From Felis catus (lineage: Eukaryota): DNA of 64,000 nt. The stretch is taken from assembly GCF_018350175.1 (NCBI RefSeq), contig NC_058368.1, positions 52,576,001 to 52,640,000 on the forward strand. The letters are read 5' to 3'. How positions within the stretch are numbered: position 1 is the first letter of the stretch; every line of letters starts with the position of its first letter. Positions 1 to 12,924 of the stretch are shown one piece after another. The notes below the pieces were generated by a model. It saw nothing but the letters and a program-made list of their open reading frames with translations, searched no databases and had not been told where the DNA came from. A program made the position numbers and the translations under genes.

Positions 1-1040
1 CAACACACCAAAGGCTATGATCCCCCTTCCGAGTGACCCTGTTGAGTGAAGAAGCGGAGAGAAAGTAATACAGAGTTTCAGAATGCAAAAAATACAAGCT
101 GGAAAGTAAATGACTAAATATGAGCAGGGATCAAATGATCAGAAGCTCACAGTGAGTAATAAACTAGCAGTGAATTAATAACGGGAGGCCCTAATGTTTA
201 CAAAACAATTCAAATATTAGAATGTACAAAGGCAATCACTTTCTCCATATGAATCAGTGCTAGTCAAGACCTTATCAAGACGCACTGCCCTCCATCAGGG
301 CCTGAAATGGAGAATTTTGAGAAGATTCCGCCAAATATCGCCACCGAGAGGATGCAAGTGCTGGAGAAAGCTCTGGGGAGGTTTAATTATTGTCTTTGGG
401 TGTGTGAGGCTCCCACACAGAGTACAGAGTCACGGAAGAATGGAATCGAAGCCATGCGTAAGGCCAAAAGCACTGGATTCATAAGGCAACAGCAGAAGGC
501 ATTGGATTCAGACATTTTCTGGCTTTGAGTGTTGTTGAATAATTGATTCAAACAACAAGCTGGATTGAGGACTCGTTCTCAAAGATCTTTCAGAGCCAGT
601 TTTTCATCTCTCTGCACCTAAGAAAGGAACGGGTAAGATGGAATCTCTGGTTCTCTAGTTCAGTCAATTCTTGATTATCTGTGATTCTGTACTGATTCAT
701 CAATTATTCAAACAATTTAGAGAAAAGCTATTTTTCTCCTGTAAAGCTGATATTTAAGTATCAGATACTCAATACCCTATCCTAGCTTTGGGAGCTCTCA
801 GTTGAAAGACACCACAATATTGAACTTTTATTATCAACAATTCTAAAATGAATTTTTAATTTGTGACGCTCAGTAACAAGTCAAAGTTTGTCCTGAACTA
901 GGGAAATATACATATGTTTAAAGAAAGTCAGACTTTCTATGTTCTGATTCTAATGACTTGTTTTTCTCTCCCAGCTCTGCCGAGTCAATTTAAACCAGTG
1001 AAATGGAGTAGTTTCATAATGGCACAAACAGGGCACAGCT

Positions 1041-1064
1041 AAAAAAAAAAAAAAAAAAAAAAAA
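1041..1064 (+). repeat. poly(A)24 tract
   Basis: Uninterrupted A run; no recognisable retroelement body upstream. Confidence 0.95.
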
Positions 1065-1161
1065 TCTTTTTCTACTGTCAAAGACAAAGACCTCAAGGAG
1101 ATAAACTCTTGTTACCGTGTTATTCCCTCCCCAACATCTGACAGGCATTTCTACTATGGGA

Positions 1162-1182
1162 TTTTTTTTTTTTTTTTTTTTT
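1162..1182 (+). repeat. poly(T)21 tract
   Basis: Uninterrupted T run. Confidence 0.95.
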
Positions 1183-2219
1183 GCCTCAAAAGAAGCAAAA
1201 ACAGAATGCATATAGTTCATCAGGATATCTGTAAAAGAGACTTTTTTTTCTTTTCAATATGACAAGAAATTAATATTTGAGCTTTCCAAATTTCTTAAAA
1301 CTTATACTTGTTAACAAAATTATGATGTGAAAATAGTTTTAAAAGAAAAAAAGACAAAGAAAATCTAATTCTATAAAAATAAACTCTTGTTCCTGGAGGA
1401 TGGAAATCAGATTACCTTTAGGATCTCTGAGAAAAACATCCAAGGAAAGACCAAACAAATGCGAGAGAACTTAGAAATAGTACAAAAAGAAAAAAAAAAG
1501 AGAGAGACTTTTCAACGTTGTTGCAAATAGTGGGCTTGATCATTTTTCCCATTTGATCCCCATTTGATCAGTAATGAGGAAGTACATGAAATATTTTACA
1601 AGAAAATCTGAGGCTATTGAGCATAAACCTTGAAAGTTTTGTAGTAATTCCTAATAAATAGCACTCTTAAAAGTGTTTTATTTTTAATCTGGCTGTTAAG
1701 CATTCTCTGGAGTTAACTGTCTTATATTCTTCTAATGTTTTAGACGTTTTCCACCAATGTCAAATAGAAGTTTACTTTTCTCAGTGCTAATATACTAAAC
1801 ATACCAAGTAACTCATAACGTTTCTCTCTTTACAAACCTCAAGTGTATAAAGGTTACAAGTGGTAGAATTCAAATAAATGTATAATATGTTATCAAAGGG
1901 AAACTTCACTTTCATGGTGATACACATGCCCTGGGACATTTTTCCCAGGTAAAAACATCTATCTACAGCTGTGTGTATAAAGACAAAATAACATAGTGTG
2001 GAACGGCATTTAACTAAATTATATAAGCTACTGAATTACTCTTGCAATTGTTATTTTTTTTCTTAAGTGAGTATTTACATGTTTTTATGGGTTTAGCCTA
2101 GACAATTCTACGTAGTTAGTGTTCAGTAAATATCAGTGATTTATTTGGGAAGAGGGAGGTGTCTTAATCTGCACAATCTCTCCAGTCTGCTTGCTTACTA
2201 AATTCAGACAGGATCAAAA

Positions 2220-3243
2220 AATTAGAAACCTTTGCTCTTCAAAAGACACTATTTACAAAATGATGATACAAACCCCAAACTGGGAAAAAGTATTTGCAAA
2301 ATATATATTGGATGAAGAACGTGCATTCAAAACAAGTTTAAAAACGCTCATGGCTTGACAAGAAAAAGACATACAGCTAAATTATTTTCAATGAAAAAAC
2401 ATTTGAACAAACTTCCCAAAACTTCACAGATGGTAACTAAAGACATGAAACAATATCATGTTGTTCATCATGTTCATGTTGAAACTCAATATCATTAAGT
2501 CATTAGAGAAATACAAATTAAACTGAGTTAGATATCACTACAACCCAAGCAGAGTGGCAAAAGTGTTTAAACCAACAATGCCAAGTGTTGGTGAGGATAC
2601 GGAACAACTGGAATTCTCATCTGTTGTTCCTGGAATGTAAAATGTTCCAACCGCTTTGGAAAATAGTTTGGCAGTCTTATGATGCATTTTCCATTTGGTC
2701 TACCAATCCTATTTCTAGGTATTTGCCCACGAGAAATAGAAAGGCATGTCCACACCAAGACCTGTGAGGTTAATTTTTATAGTAGCCTTATTCATAATTG
2801 TTAATAACTGGAAACAACCCAAATGTCCACAAATTAATGAGTGCACATATAAATTGTAACACAAGCATACGATGGAATATTACTCAGAAAATGAAAAAGA
2901 ACAGACTAATGCTACCTGCAACAGTGTGGATGAATCTTAAAAACAATATGCTAAGTGAAAGGAGTCAGGCACGAGAAAACTCCATGACTCGATTTGTATG
3001 ATATTCTAAAAAAGGCAAAATTATAAGGACAGACCAGATCTGGTGGGTGCTGCGGGCTGGGAGTGAGAAAGGAGAATGATTACCCAGGCACATGGAAGAG
3101 GCTTTGGGAGTGATGGAAAGATTCTGTTTCTAAATTGTGATGGAGGTTACCTATTTACTTTTTCCAAAACTTAGGAGGTAAGATATTTTAAAAGGGTAAT
3201 TTTTACTTTATGAAAATTATACCTTCAACAGACCTTTCACTAA
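2220..3243 (+). mobile_element. Old L1M (L1MC/L1ME-like) ORF2 end and 3' UTR fragment
   Basis: Typical L1 3' motifs: 'caagtgttggtgaggatacggaacaactggaattctc', 'aactggaaacaacccaaatgtcca', 'gatgaatcttaaaaacaatatgctaagtgaaag', ending 'aaattataccttcaa'. Heavily decayed. Confidence 0.85.
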
Positions 3244-3775
3244 AAGGAGACGTGTGTGAGTGGGTTTACACACCCATAGGTAAAGTGATGGCCAAGCAGC
3301 CTGCCTCCCGATGATGAGGACTGATCAGAGGGATTAGGTCATGCACCACGATTCCATTTAATTTCACTAGTTGACTCTATGCTCATAGGGCGTTTTATAA
3401 AGAACTGCCATCACCCCCAAACGCCATGAACCAGCACTGCCCCAACTCCCCCCAGTCAAACAAACCAAGCTTTTCACATTTTATTTGGTTTGGGTTTTGC
3501 GCTCTTTCCCTTTAAGTGTTAAATTGTCAAGTTGGTGGCCCGACCACCCCCATCTATCCTAAGATGTTTCGTTTGCCCCTTTTATAGGATCTTAAACTTA
3601 ACCCGAGTCATTTTCTAAAGAGCGATAATGGAAGTGTTACGGGCAGATTGCGATGCACAAGTGCAGAGTAAAGCTTTTACTTAAATGGAACCTACCCACA
3701 AAAGGAAGAACCCCAACGTCACCGCAGCAGGGCCATGGCGGTGACGGCGGTGAAAACACTATTATCAGGAGGATT

Positions 3776-4043
3776 NNNNNNNNNNNNNNNNNNNNNNNNN
3801 NNNNNNNNNNNNNNNNNNNNNNNNNNNNNNNNNNNNNNNNNNNNNNNNNNNNNNNNNNNNNNNNNNNNNNNNNNNNNNNNNNNNNNNNNNNNNNNNNNNN
3901 NNNNNNNNNNNNNNNNNNNNNNNNNNNNNNNNNNNNNNNNNNNNNNNNNNNNNNNNNNNNNNNNNNNNNNNNNNNNNNNNNNNNNNNNNNNNNNNNNNNN
4001 NNNNNNNNNNNNNNNNNNNNNNNNNNNNNNNNNNNNNNNNNNN
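3776..4043. other. Assembly gap (268 N)
   Basis: N run. Confidence 1.
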
Positions 4044-5578
4044 TGTTCCCGAGCCCTGTGTGCCAGTGTGACTAATTCATACTCTTTTCTGAGCCACTGT
4101 TGACATCTGACGGGTCCCATATGTATTTATTTGAAAATATAATAAAAGGAATAAGTACACCGTTTCGGGATGGAGTCACTAAAATAGACATATGGTTTCT
4201 TCTTTGCCCTTTAAGTGAGGGTGTGCAATTGTCTGTTAAAATCAGGCCGCCGTGAGCATTGCTTCGGTAGATGTGTATGTATTTCCTTTCTTTGCATCCT
4301 TGCCTCGGACTATTTAAGCTCATATAAGCCTGTATATTTACATAATAGCTTTTTGCAAAAATAATAATGTGGTGAGTCATATAGTTTATCCTTCATTGAA
4401 CAAAATGTTTTCAGCAGGGTTGTTTGTGCTTGTGTTTGAAGCTGACTTCAGTTTAATATGCAAAAAGAGCCTCTGCAAAGTTTGGAAAATCCGTAGAGAA
4501 ATCAGAAAGAGAGAGGAGACAGAGAAAGAGAGGATGATACGTCTTACAAATGTGACTGCTTTTTGGTGGTTTGTTAGTAACATACCCCAAAATTGAGACA
4601 TGTATATATTCGCAGAGCCTCTTTTATTTCTTCTCTTGGTCTTAGTCCTGATTTTTTTTTTTGTAACCTGCCATTCATATTTATACGTTTAAAGTAGATA
4701 TCAAATGATGGTTTGAAGACTATGCCAGGAGAGCTAATATTAACATAGTCTTGAGTGTCCTTGACGTAGTTGGAACTACCTTTTGAAATGACAGTGGAGT
4801 TTTTTCTTTGTCTCCATTGGTGATGCAAGAAAGGAGCTGATATACTGCACTGGATGTTGCTTTTGAAAGAGACTTGTGCTTGTATTTGTCAAGATACTTT
4901 CGCGCCGCCCTTCATTTTCTCCTCGTGACATTCCTCTGGGACACTGTAGGGCACTAGCATTATTCCCATCTATAGATCGGGAAATTGGGGGACCAGAAGA
5001 GTAAGTGGTGTTTAATTAGGGGTACACGGTGGTGGGACTAAATCAAGAACCCATGTCTCCAGACTCATCACCCCTCTTTCTGTGCCCCTCGGAGCACTGC
5101 TGTGAATCCTCTTACCCGGAAGATGAAGAAACAGGGAAGAACTTTGAAAACTCTGCCAGATGGAACTGCTGCAGATTTCAGAGCAGGAAGGGACCCCAGG
5201 AGCGGCGGCTGTGAGGCTTTGCAGCTCCTATCAGTGCTGACAGTGGGGCCCCTCCTATTTTTCAGCCGGTCCATTTAGGTGCAGTCACTCACGTCTGACA
5301 AAGGGGCGACGGTCAGAGACAGCTCTGTGAGCAGTAGATGCATGCTGTTGTAACGCAGGCTGTATTTCTGAATAGAAATCTCATTTTTAATCTATCATAC
5401 TTAGAATAATAATAATAAGTACTCAAAACACCATATCCCAATAACTGCATTAAGCGAATTTCAGGCACTCTGCAAAGAAAATGGGTGCCCAGGCAGCTTT
5501 CCATCACTAAAGAGTTGTTTAGGAAGAAGTCCCAATCTATGAGACATTTCTCTCTTTGACAATTAACAAAGTAGAAGA

Positions 5579-5817
5579 GGGGCACCTGGGTGGCTCAGGC
5601 GGTTAAGCTTCTGACTCAAGTTCAGCTCAGGTCATGATCTGACTACTCGTGAGTTCGAGACCCACGTCAGGGTCTGTGCTGACAGAGCAGAGACTGCTTG
5701 GGATTCATTCTCTCCTCTCTATCTCTCTGCCCCTCTCCTGCTCACGTTTTCTCTCTCTCTCTCTCTGTCTGTCTCTCTGTCTGTCTCTCTCTCTCTCAAA
5801 TAAATAAACTTAAAAAA
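5579..5817 (+). mobile_element. Carnivore tRNA-derived SINE (CanSINE/SINEC)
   Basis: GGGGCACCTGGGTGGCTCAG head, B-box 'gagttcgagacc', (CT)n tract, AATAAA and A-rich tail. Confidence 0.95.
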
Positions 5818-5869
5818 CAAGAAAGAAATAGAGCTTGTAAACATTTCTTCTTGGGGATTTGGACTTGAA

Positions 5870-6620
5870 CTTTACCATCCATCTACTCATCCTACAAGGA
5901 TTTATCGACTACCTATGATATCAAGCTCTATTCTAGGTACCGGGGATATAACTCTGAATAACACAGAGCCCCTGTGTCTTAGTTCATCCAGGCCCCTGTA
6001 ACAGTGTATCACAGACCAGTGGCTTATAAATAATGCAAATTTATTGTTCACGGTTCTGGAAGCCGGGCAAGTCCAAGATCAAGGTGCTGGCAGATTTGGT
6101 GTCTGGTGAGAACCCACCTCCTGGTTCATCGACAGCCATCTTCTTACCATGTCCTCACATGATAGAGGAGATGAGGGGGCCTTCTGGGGTCCCCTTTTAT
6201 AAAGGCACTAATCCCATTCTTGGCAGTGTCACTGTCGTGACCAAATCACCTCCCAAAGCCCCGCCCCAAATGCCATCTTACTGGGGGTTTGATTTCAACA
6301 TATGAATTTGGAAGGAACATAAGCATTCAGTCTATAATACCCTGCCCTTGGACAGGATACATTTGAGTGGGGCAGAAAGACGATGCACAAATATTGCATA
6401 TTTCATAGTAGTGACAAGTGATATGCAGAAGAAGAATGTAGAGAAAGGCAGTAAAATGGACAGGTGTTGATTGGGGGCAACACAAGATGGGGCAGAGAGA
6501 AGGCACAACCAAGGGATGTGAAATGAGAGATGAGCAAAGATGTTGTTGCGTGTAGACGCCGGGGTCATCCCACGGGGAAGGCCAGCAAATGCAAAGGGAT
6601 TCATGTGAGTGCGGGTGTTC
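5870..6620 (-). mobile_element. L2 3' fragment split by an MLT1A LTR
   Basis: 'caaggatttatcgactacctatgatatcaagctctattctaggtaccggggata...acacagagcccctg' resumes after the LTR as 'ccctgcccttgg'. Confidence 0.6.
5975..6339 (-). mobile_element. MLT1A-type (ERVL-MaLR) solo LTR
   Basis: 'aagtccaagatcaaggtgctggcagatttggtgtctggtgag' and 'atttcaacatatgaatttgg'; intact 5-bp TSD CCCTG at 5970-5974 and 6340-6344. Confidence 0.9.
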
Positions 6621-7149
6621 AAAAGAAGAATCAGAACCCACAAAGCATCGTGCACCAGATAAAAATGTTCTTGCCGGTGATATTTAATTTGTTGTCAGCC
6701 TCTTTAATTTCCCTCTGAACATTTTTCTCTCTTCCTCTGAATAGGATTCTCTTCTGGCTGAGTCTCTTTGATCTGATTGTTTATGTATTTCTTTTTGGCC
6801 ATGTTATGTTGACATTTCTGTCAACTCCCTGAAATCCAGTTCTAAAAATGGAATATTCTTCTAATAGTCATGATCACTTGAATATAAAATAACCTGGCAC
6901 ATGAGAAAACAGAGCCATGAATTACAACTGCTTTACAATTGAATTATGTTAACTTTTGATGGATTGGAGGAAGAGGCCAAATTACATGAATTGTCGCTCC
7001 TGATGCTTTCCCTTTTTCTGAAAGGAATGCTGACTTTAAATCAATCAGGCTTATTTAAGAAAGACTAGCTAAGAGCTAGTGTTTCCTGAAAGCTCACATT
7101 ACATAAGAGGCTCCACTGAGCACTCGGCATGTTATTTCTAACCTGCACA

Positions 7150-7272
7150 TAATCTGATGCAGTGCACATCATTACCCCCATTTTCAGGTGAGAAAGCTGA
7201 GGTTCAAGTAGAATCACTAAGGCAAAGTTGTCTAGCCAAGTTTCCATTGTTCCAAAGCTGTGCACTTAACCA
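7150..7272 (-). mobile_element. MIR fragment
   Basis: Core 'attacccccattttcaggtgagaaagctgaggttca'. Confidence 0.7.
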
Positions 7273-9302
7273 TCATCTCTTTATTACAGTGGGGAAATAA
7301 CAAGCCTTCTTCAGCACGGGGATGACATAGATTTATGTTTCAAACAGAGAATTCTGGCAGCCATGGAAAGGATGGATTGGGGAGGGATGACTGTGGGGTT
7401 AAGACAAGTGGGAGATAATTTCAGTTCAAGAGACAGACCTTAAACGAGCAGCATTGTCAATAGTGGTTCCGGTAACAATCAGCCAGCCTCTAGAGGACAC
7501 GTATGGACTCTGCTATCCAAAATCAGGTGAATCTGGGTAAAAATGCCTATTCAAATGAGCTACAGAATAATAACTTGACCATGTTTTATATAATCTTCCT
7601 GTGGCAGAAGAACACTGCCCTCTATTGCTTTTTGTCTCTTGGCTCTCAGTGGCCCAACCTGTACCAGGAAAAGAGGTGCCATCAGTCAGTGGGCAAATTG
7701 GTTGAAGAGTTTGAAATGTGCCCCTGGATGATCAGTAAAAGGTCCCCATCTAAACAGTCAGCTCACCACAGGTGCTCAGGAGTCTCACCCAGTTCTCCTA
7801 GAACGCATATAGGCTTTAGCTCCCTGCCCTGACAAAAGTGATAAAGAGGCTCTGATATGTTTGTACAATTGCACAATTTTCAAACTTTATTGAAAATGTT
7901 AGTAACTGTAATTCAGTTCCCTAATCTAAATCGCCATACAGAATGTGTTGAATATACTTATTTTGCCTTGCTCTGGAAAAGATGGAATAATTATGAATAT
8001 AAATGGTTGCTGCTTCTTTCATGTAAAAAAAAGACATTATATACATATAAGTCAAATAGAGTATAAGAGAGAAATAGATGCAGTGTAATAATGATGAGAA
8101 ACCATAATATCTGCTTGGAGGTAGATGCGAAATTGCCACTCATTACTCGAATGGCGAGAAAGTTAGTAGGCAATTAGCAACAGCAAATGCCAAGTGGAAG
8201 GATAATTTGTAAGACAACAATAAACACAGTCTATACCAATGAGTCAGAAAGAGGGAGGAAGCAGAAGAGTCAATAAAACAAGCAGAGCAGGCACGGGAAA
8301 GACTGCATTCGCACCGTGAGAAAATAAAACAAATCTTCTCCACTCCTCGTCATGACTTCCAGCATTTTCAGTTTGCGGCTTGTTCGGGACTAGCAGTGGC
8401 AAGAGCCAAGCTTAGAAAATTATAGTAATAATAATTTTCACACTGTGTGAAAAGGCGTGCTTTCCGCCAACTAAACATCACCAGGACCTATTCATGGGGC
8501 AAGGCAAGCCCTTTTAGAGAAAGGGAAGCTATGAAAATAGAAAGCAATGATTCAGCCCTTGAAAATCAAAGAACAAATAATTATATAATCCGTGAAGAAG
8601 GACCTGAGGGGTGTAAATCAGTTGGCTCGGCTACATCCACACACACAGGAAGTAATTACAGTGAAGAATTTTTAAAATTAAGAAACGCAGCGATTGGAAG
8701 GATGATCTCTGCACATCTAACACGTCCACTGATTCCCCGCGCTCACCTGACCTGACACGTTCTGGACCAATCAAAACGTGTCTTAGTCTCAGTGATCTTC
8801 ATACTCTTCCCCCATAATCTATGCCTTATGCAGAGAAGCTTTTCATACATGTGTAGATAGGACTATCTGTGTGGATCATATGTACAGTGAATGAAGTCTG
8901 CAGGTAGTAATACATATAAACATTTCTTAAGCAATGTAAGCTATCTAAGAAATGCTTAAGTGCGTACTTTGCTACTCACTTCGTATGTGCTATCTCATTT
9001 AATCCTTACAGTCCTATAAGCTGGGTGCTATTATTTCATACCTTATATATGAGGACACACCCTAAAATTTTAATTTCTTGCTCAAGGTGAAGCTGGATCT
9101 TAAAGTCAGATCTGTTAGATGACTAAATGTGAATGCTTAACAATAGAGAAGGACAATATACATTATAGTTGAGAAGAGCATTCTAGAACCCGGTGTCAGA
9201 CAGACTGAACTAGAATCCTGGCTCTGTTCATGCCCTGCTTCTATTTAAAATCATGCAGCAGCTTAGTTCACTTAATCCTCACAGCTGCCCTGTAAGGGAA
9301 GA

Positions 9303-9443
9303 ATGATGATGGTGATGACGCAGATGAGGACGGTGATGATTAAGGTGACGATGACAAGGATGTGACAGAGACAGGGGGTGGTGATGATGATGACGGTGAT
9401 GATAATGATGATGGTAGGGAGGATGGTGATGATAATGATAATG
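9303..9443 (+). repeat. Degenerate (GAT/GGT/GAC)n trinucleotide repeat between MIR fragments
   Basis: gatgatggtgatgacg...gatgataatgatgatgg; it produces the His-rich reverse ORF 9279-9464. Confidence 0.85.
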
Positions 9444-9606
9444 TCCATTTTCCAGAATAGGCAAACTGAGAGGTTAACTAACCTGTTCAGAGGCAGCTGG
9501 CTAAATAAGAAGCTAAGTTAATGTTGACCAGAAAGCCTGTGATTTTACACATACTACTAAAATCCTGGAGCATTCCCCATCTAAGGGCCATCAGTCATGT
9601 TTCAGC

Positions 9607-10299
9607 TGTACTGGCTTCCTAACGCCGCATAACAAAGTTAGCTGCCTCAACACACGTGCATCATCTCACACTTTCCATGAGTCAGGAGTTTGAGTGCAGC
9701 CCAGCGCTTAGGGTCCACAGCTCAGGATGTCACCTGGCTGCGGTCTGGGTGTCAGCTGAGCCACATTCCTTTCCGGAGCACAAGGTCCTCTTCCAAGCTC
9801 ATGTGGTTGTTGGCAGAATTTAATTCCTTGTGGTTGTAGGACTGAGGTTCCTGCTTTCTTGCTGGCTATCAGCCAGGTGCCTCTCTCAGCTTCCAGAGAC
9901 CCCCACAATTCTTCACCGTTTGGCCCACTCCCAGACCCTCTAGAAACAAGGCAGCTACTGATTCAAAGCCAAGAGGCAAATCTTCCTGACTTCCGGTCTT
10001 TTTTAAAGAGCTTGGCTGATAAGGTCAGCCCACCCAAAATAATCTCCCTCTGGGTTAACCTGAAGTCAGTTGATTAGGAGCCTGATTTACCTATGCAAAT
10101 TCCTTCCACCTTTGTCATACAATGTAGCAAAATCATGGGAGTAAAATCCTATCAACTTTGCTATATTCTATGGACGGAAGTAATTGACAGGTCTCGCCCT
10201 CAAGGAGGGGCATTACACAGAGGGCCATTACCCTCAAGGGAGGGGCATTACATAAAGACATGGTTAACTGGGGATCTTCTTGAAGTTATGCCGACTACA
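9607..10299 (-). mobile_element. MLT1E/F-type solo LTR
   Basis: 'ttccaagctcatgtggttgttggcagaatttaattccttgtggttgtaggactgaggt' and 'gataaggtcagcccacccaaaataatctccct'; TG...CA ends. Confidence 0.85.
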
Positions 10300-12847
10300 G
10301 CAACTTTGACATTACTTTCTTTAGGAGTTATCTGCTGTTCTCTGCAGTGGAGTTACTCTCTAATTCCCATGTGCCTTCCTGTACTTTCCAGTCATAGAAT
10401 TTATCCAAGAGTAATGTCATGGCTTACTCCCCACTAGATGTCAAGCCCTTTCCGCAAGAGATTTTATCTTGCTCACCGTGGTATTCTCAGCATGGTTCTC
10501 GATGCATGTGATGAACAGGAACAATGATTATCCAAACAGCATTTCTTCAGACATATTAGTCCCTGCCAATGAATAAGGTTCAAAGGTCATGTTATCTTCT
10601 TGGATTTTTATCCAGTTCTCCTATTCAGCCAGTATTTTCACAGACATATCTAATAATTCAAAGGTCTACATTACACTAACAAATAACAAGCGTAACAAAC
10701 ACATGAGAGTTTTCACATCATCACTAAGAGCGGATTTCTGAGTCATTTATTTTCTCGCTGTTTTCTAGGTGAAATATGCCCATGTTTGCAATATGAACAA
10801 TACTTTCCAGTTTCACAATGCCTTATTAAAAAAGAAATCTTCAAAGTAAATCCTTCCGTGTTATATAAATGGATTAAAAACATAGATTTGCCTCATTAAA
10901 GGCCGGAAAAGTAGTCCTTGAATTCAGGGTTAAAATGAAAAAAGTGCAAGCCATGGAAAGATGATATTACCACAATGCTATAAAATACCTACAGGCAAGG
11001 AAGTCTGTGAGGAAAACACAATAGAATTTTTGGTAACAAAGTAGAGGGCAGAGTTGAGGTGATAGAAAACAGATCCGTAAGGGAAGAATGTTTTCAAGTC
11101 CCAAGCCATGATTCTACCACGTCTTGAGATAAGCAATTCAACAGTACAGGGAACCTGTGAACTGACATTTATCATTCACTTAAAAACCCACAGTGCTATG
11201 TGTTTGCATTCAGGGGTAACTTGAATCACATACTGTTGCCCTTAAAAATATATTGGAAATTGATCTTAGCTTTTTCACAAGTGGAGGCACAGAATCATTT
11301 GAATATTTTTTCAGGTTATGGCTAAAACTCCCTCAAGTTTGACTATTTTATTTTAGTCTTCATGTGTGGAAGGAACCACCGTGTGGACACTATTAATAAG
11401 AGTCCTTTGCTCTATTTCTAGGTGAGTCTATCACTGGGATAATCACAAAAGCGCGCCAGCTCTATAATTATTTAAGACTAAAAAAGATACGTCCAGGATT
11501 TGGACGACATTCAAACTATTGCCTACAGCAACCTTTTTAAAAAGTTCTAAGGAGACTCCATAACCAGTTTATTGCTCCATTAAATAAAAGTATATCTTTT
11601 CCCTGACATGACTTCGGGATTCTCTCTTAGTGACCTAGCATCAAGATTCCCAAAGAGAAGGCTTGTAAATCATGCATGAAAATAAATGTAAGTCCAAATG
11701 CTCTGGGCTGCTCAGAGGGGGGACAGGAGCAAAGGATGGAGAAGAAGTCTGTTGGGTCCTTTAAAACGTCTGACAATAAATAAATGAAAATAAGAAATGG
11801 GGCCTATAATACCAGAGTTTATGTCTTACTTTGTGTCCTATCTTTGTTCGCAGGCAGAGCCAGAATATGCTCTGTACCCAGCCATTTGTGTTTAGTTGAG
11901 CGAGAGGGAAAGGAAGAAACTCAAGGGCCAACAAAGCTTTTGCGGGCAGAAGAGAAATTGGCCGTATAATGATATCTCAGATCTATATTTGTCAGCCTAT
12001 TACAGTAAACTCTGCTCTCTACTGTCTATTAATAGTTGGCACTTCTGCAAAACTGTAGTTCAAAGATAGCCAATGTCCATAATGATGACCCGAGGGCTGC
12101 AGGAGCCCAGAGGGCTTCCTGCCCCATCCAAAGAGGTCACAGGCCCCTTGTGTCCTGAGCTCCAGCCATTCCAGACAGGTTTGCCCTCTCCGGCAACACA
12201 TCCTGGGAGGGAGCTCTATGCCTTCCTTGCCATCCATTCTAGCAGCTGAGAATTCCTTCCCCTGTTAGCACAGCACTATGCCCAGAGTCAGGGGCTCCAT
12301 CAAAACGTGCTGAATTAATGAATGGAAGTCAATGCTATAGGAATTTTTATCCACTGAAGCTTATTTTAACTCCTCGGACTACAGTGGAAGGCACTTGCCT
12401 ACCACCCGTATCATTGGTGATTTTCTTCCGAATGCTTGAGAATTTCAGCCTTTCCTGCCTACAATGTACTAGCATGTTGCTGTACTCTGTCCAAAGGCCT
12501 GTCATAAGTCACCTCGTACATCCCGTCCTTTATACTCTCAGTGTCTACAGTTGTACCTGGCATGTGACAGGTGCTCAGTAAACAGATACTGGACAAATGG
12601 ATCAAGAAGTGAATGAATGAATTGCCTCTACCACAATGTCTTTCCTGGATTGCTGCGAGAGATCCTTCAATGGACCCACTACTTACATACTTTAAATTGC
12701 ATTAGTCATTATTTCCCAGACATTCCTAGATTTTTCCCTATTTTTCCTCCTTCTTCAGGGTCCTCAAGTTTGACTCTATTCTTTTCATTCTCCAAGGCCT
12801 AGTTCAAACCTCCCTTCCTCCAGGAAGCCTTCACTGATAACCTTGGC

Positions 12848-12924
12848 TATAGTCTACTATAGTAGACTATATATATAGTCTATATAGACTATATATATAG
12901 TATAGTCTACTATAGTCTACTATA
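12848..12924. repeat. Nested palindromic TA-rich array of TATAGTCTAC units
   Basis: Perfect palindromes at 12848-12871 (24 bp), 12863-12882 (20 bp) and 12866-12901 (36 bp), then 2 direct TATAGTCTAC copies. Confidence 0.95.

Noticed and set aside
7485-7503. CTCF-like motifs (here, at about 21960 and at about 60893)
   Set aside because: Each mismatches a high-information core position; not supportable without a PWM scan or ChIP data.
9279-9464. His-rich ORF
   Set aside because: Antisense translation of a (GAT/GGT)n simple repeat.
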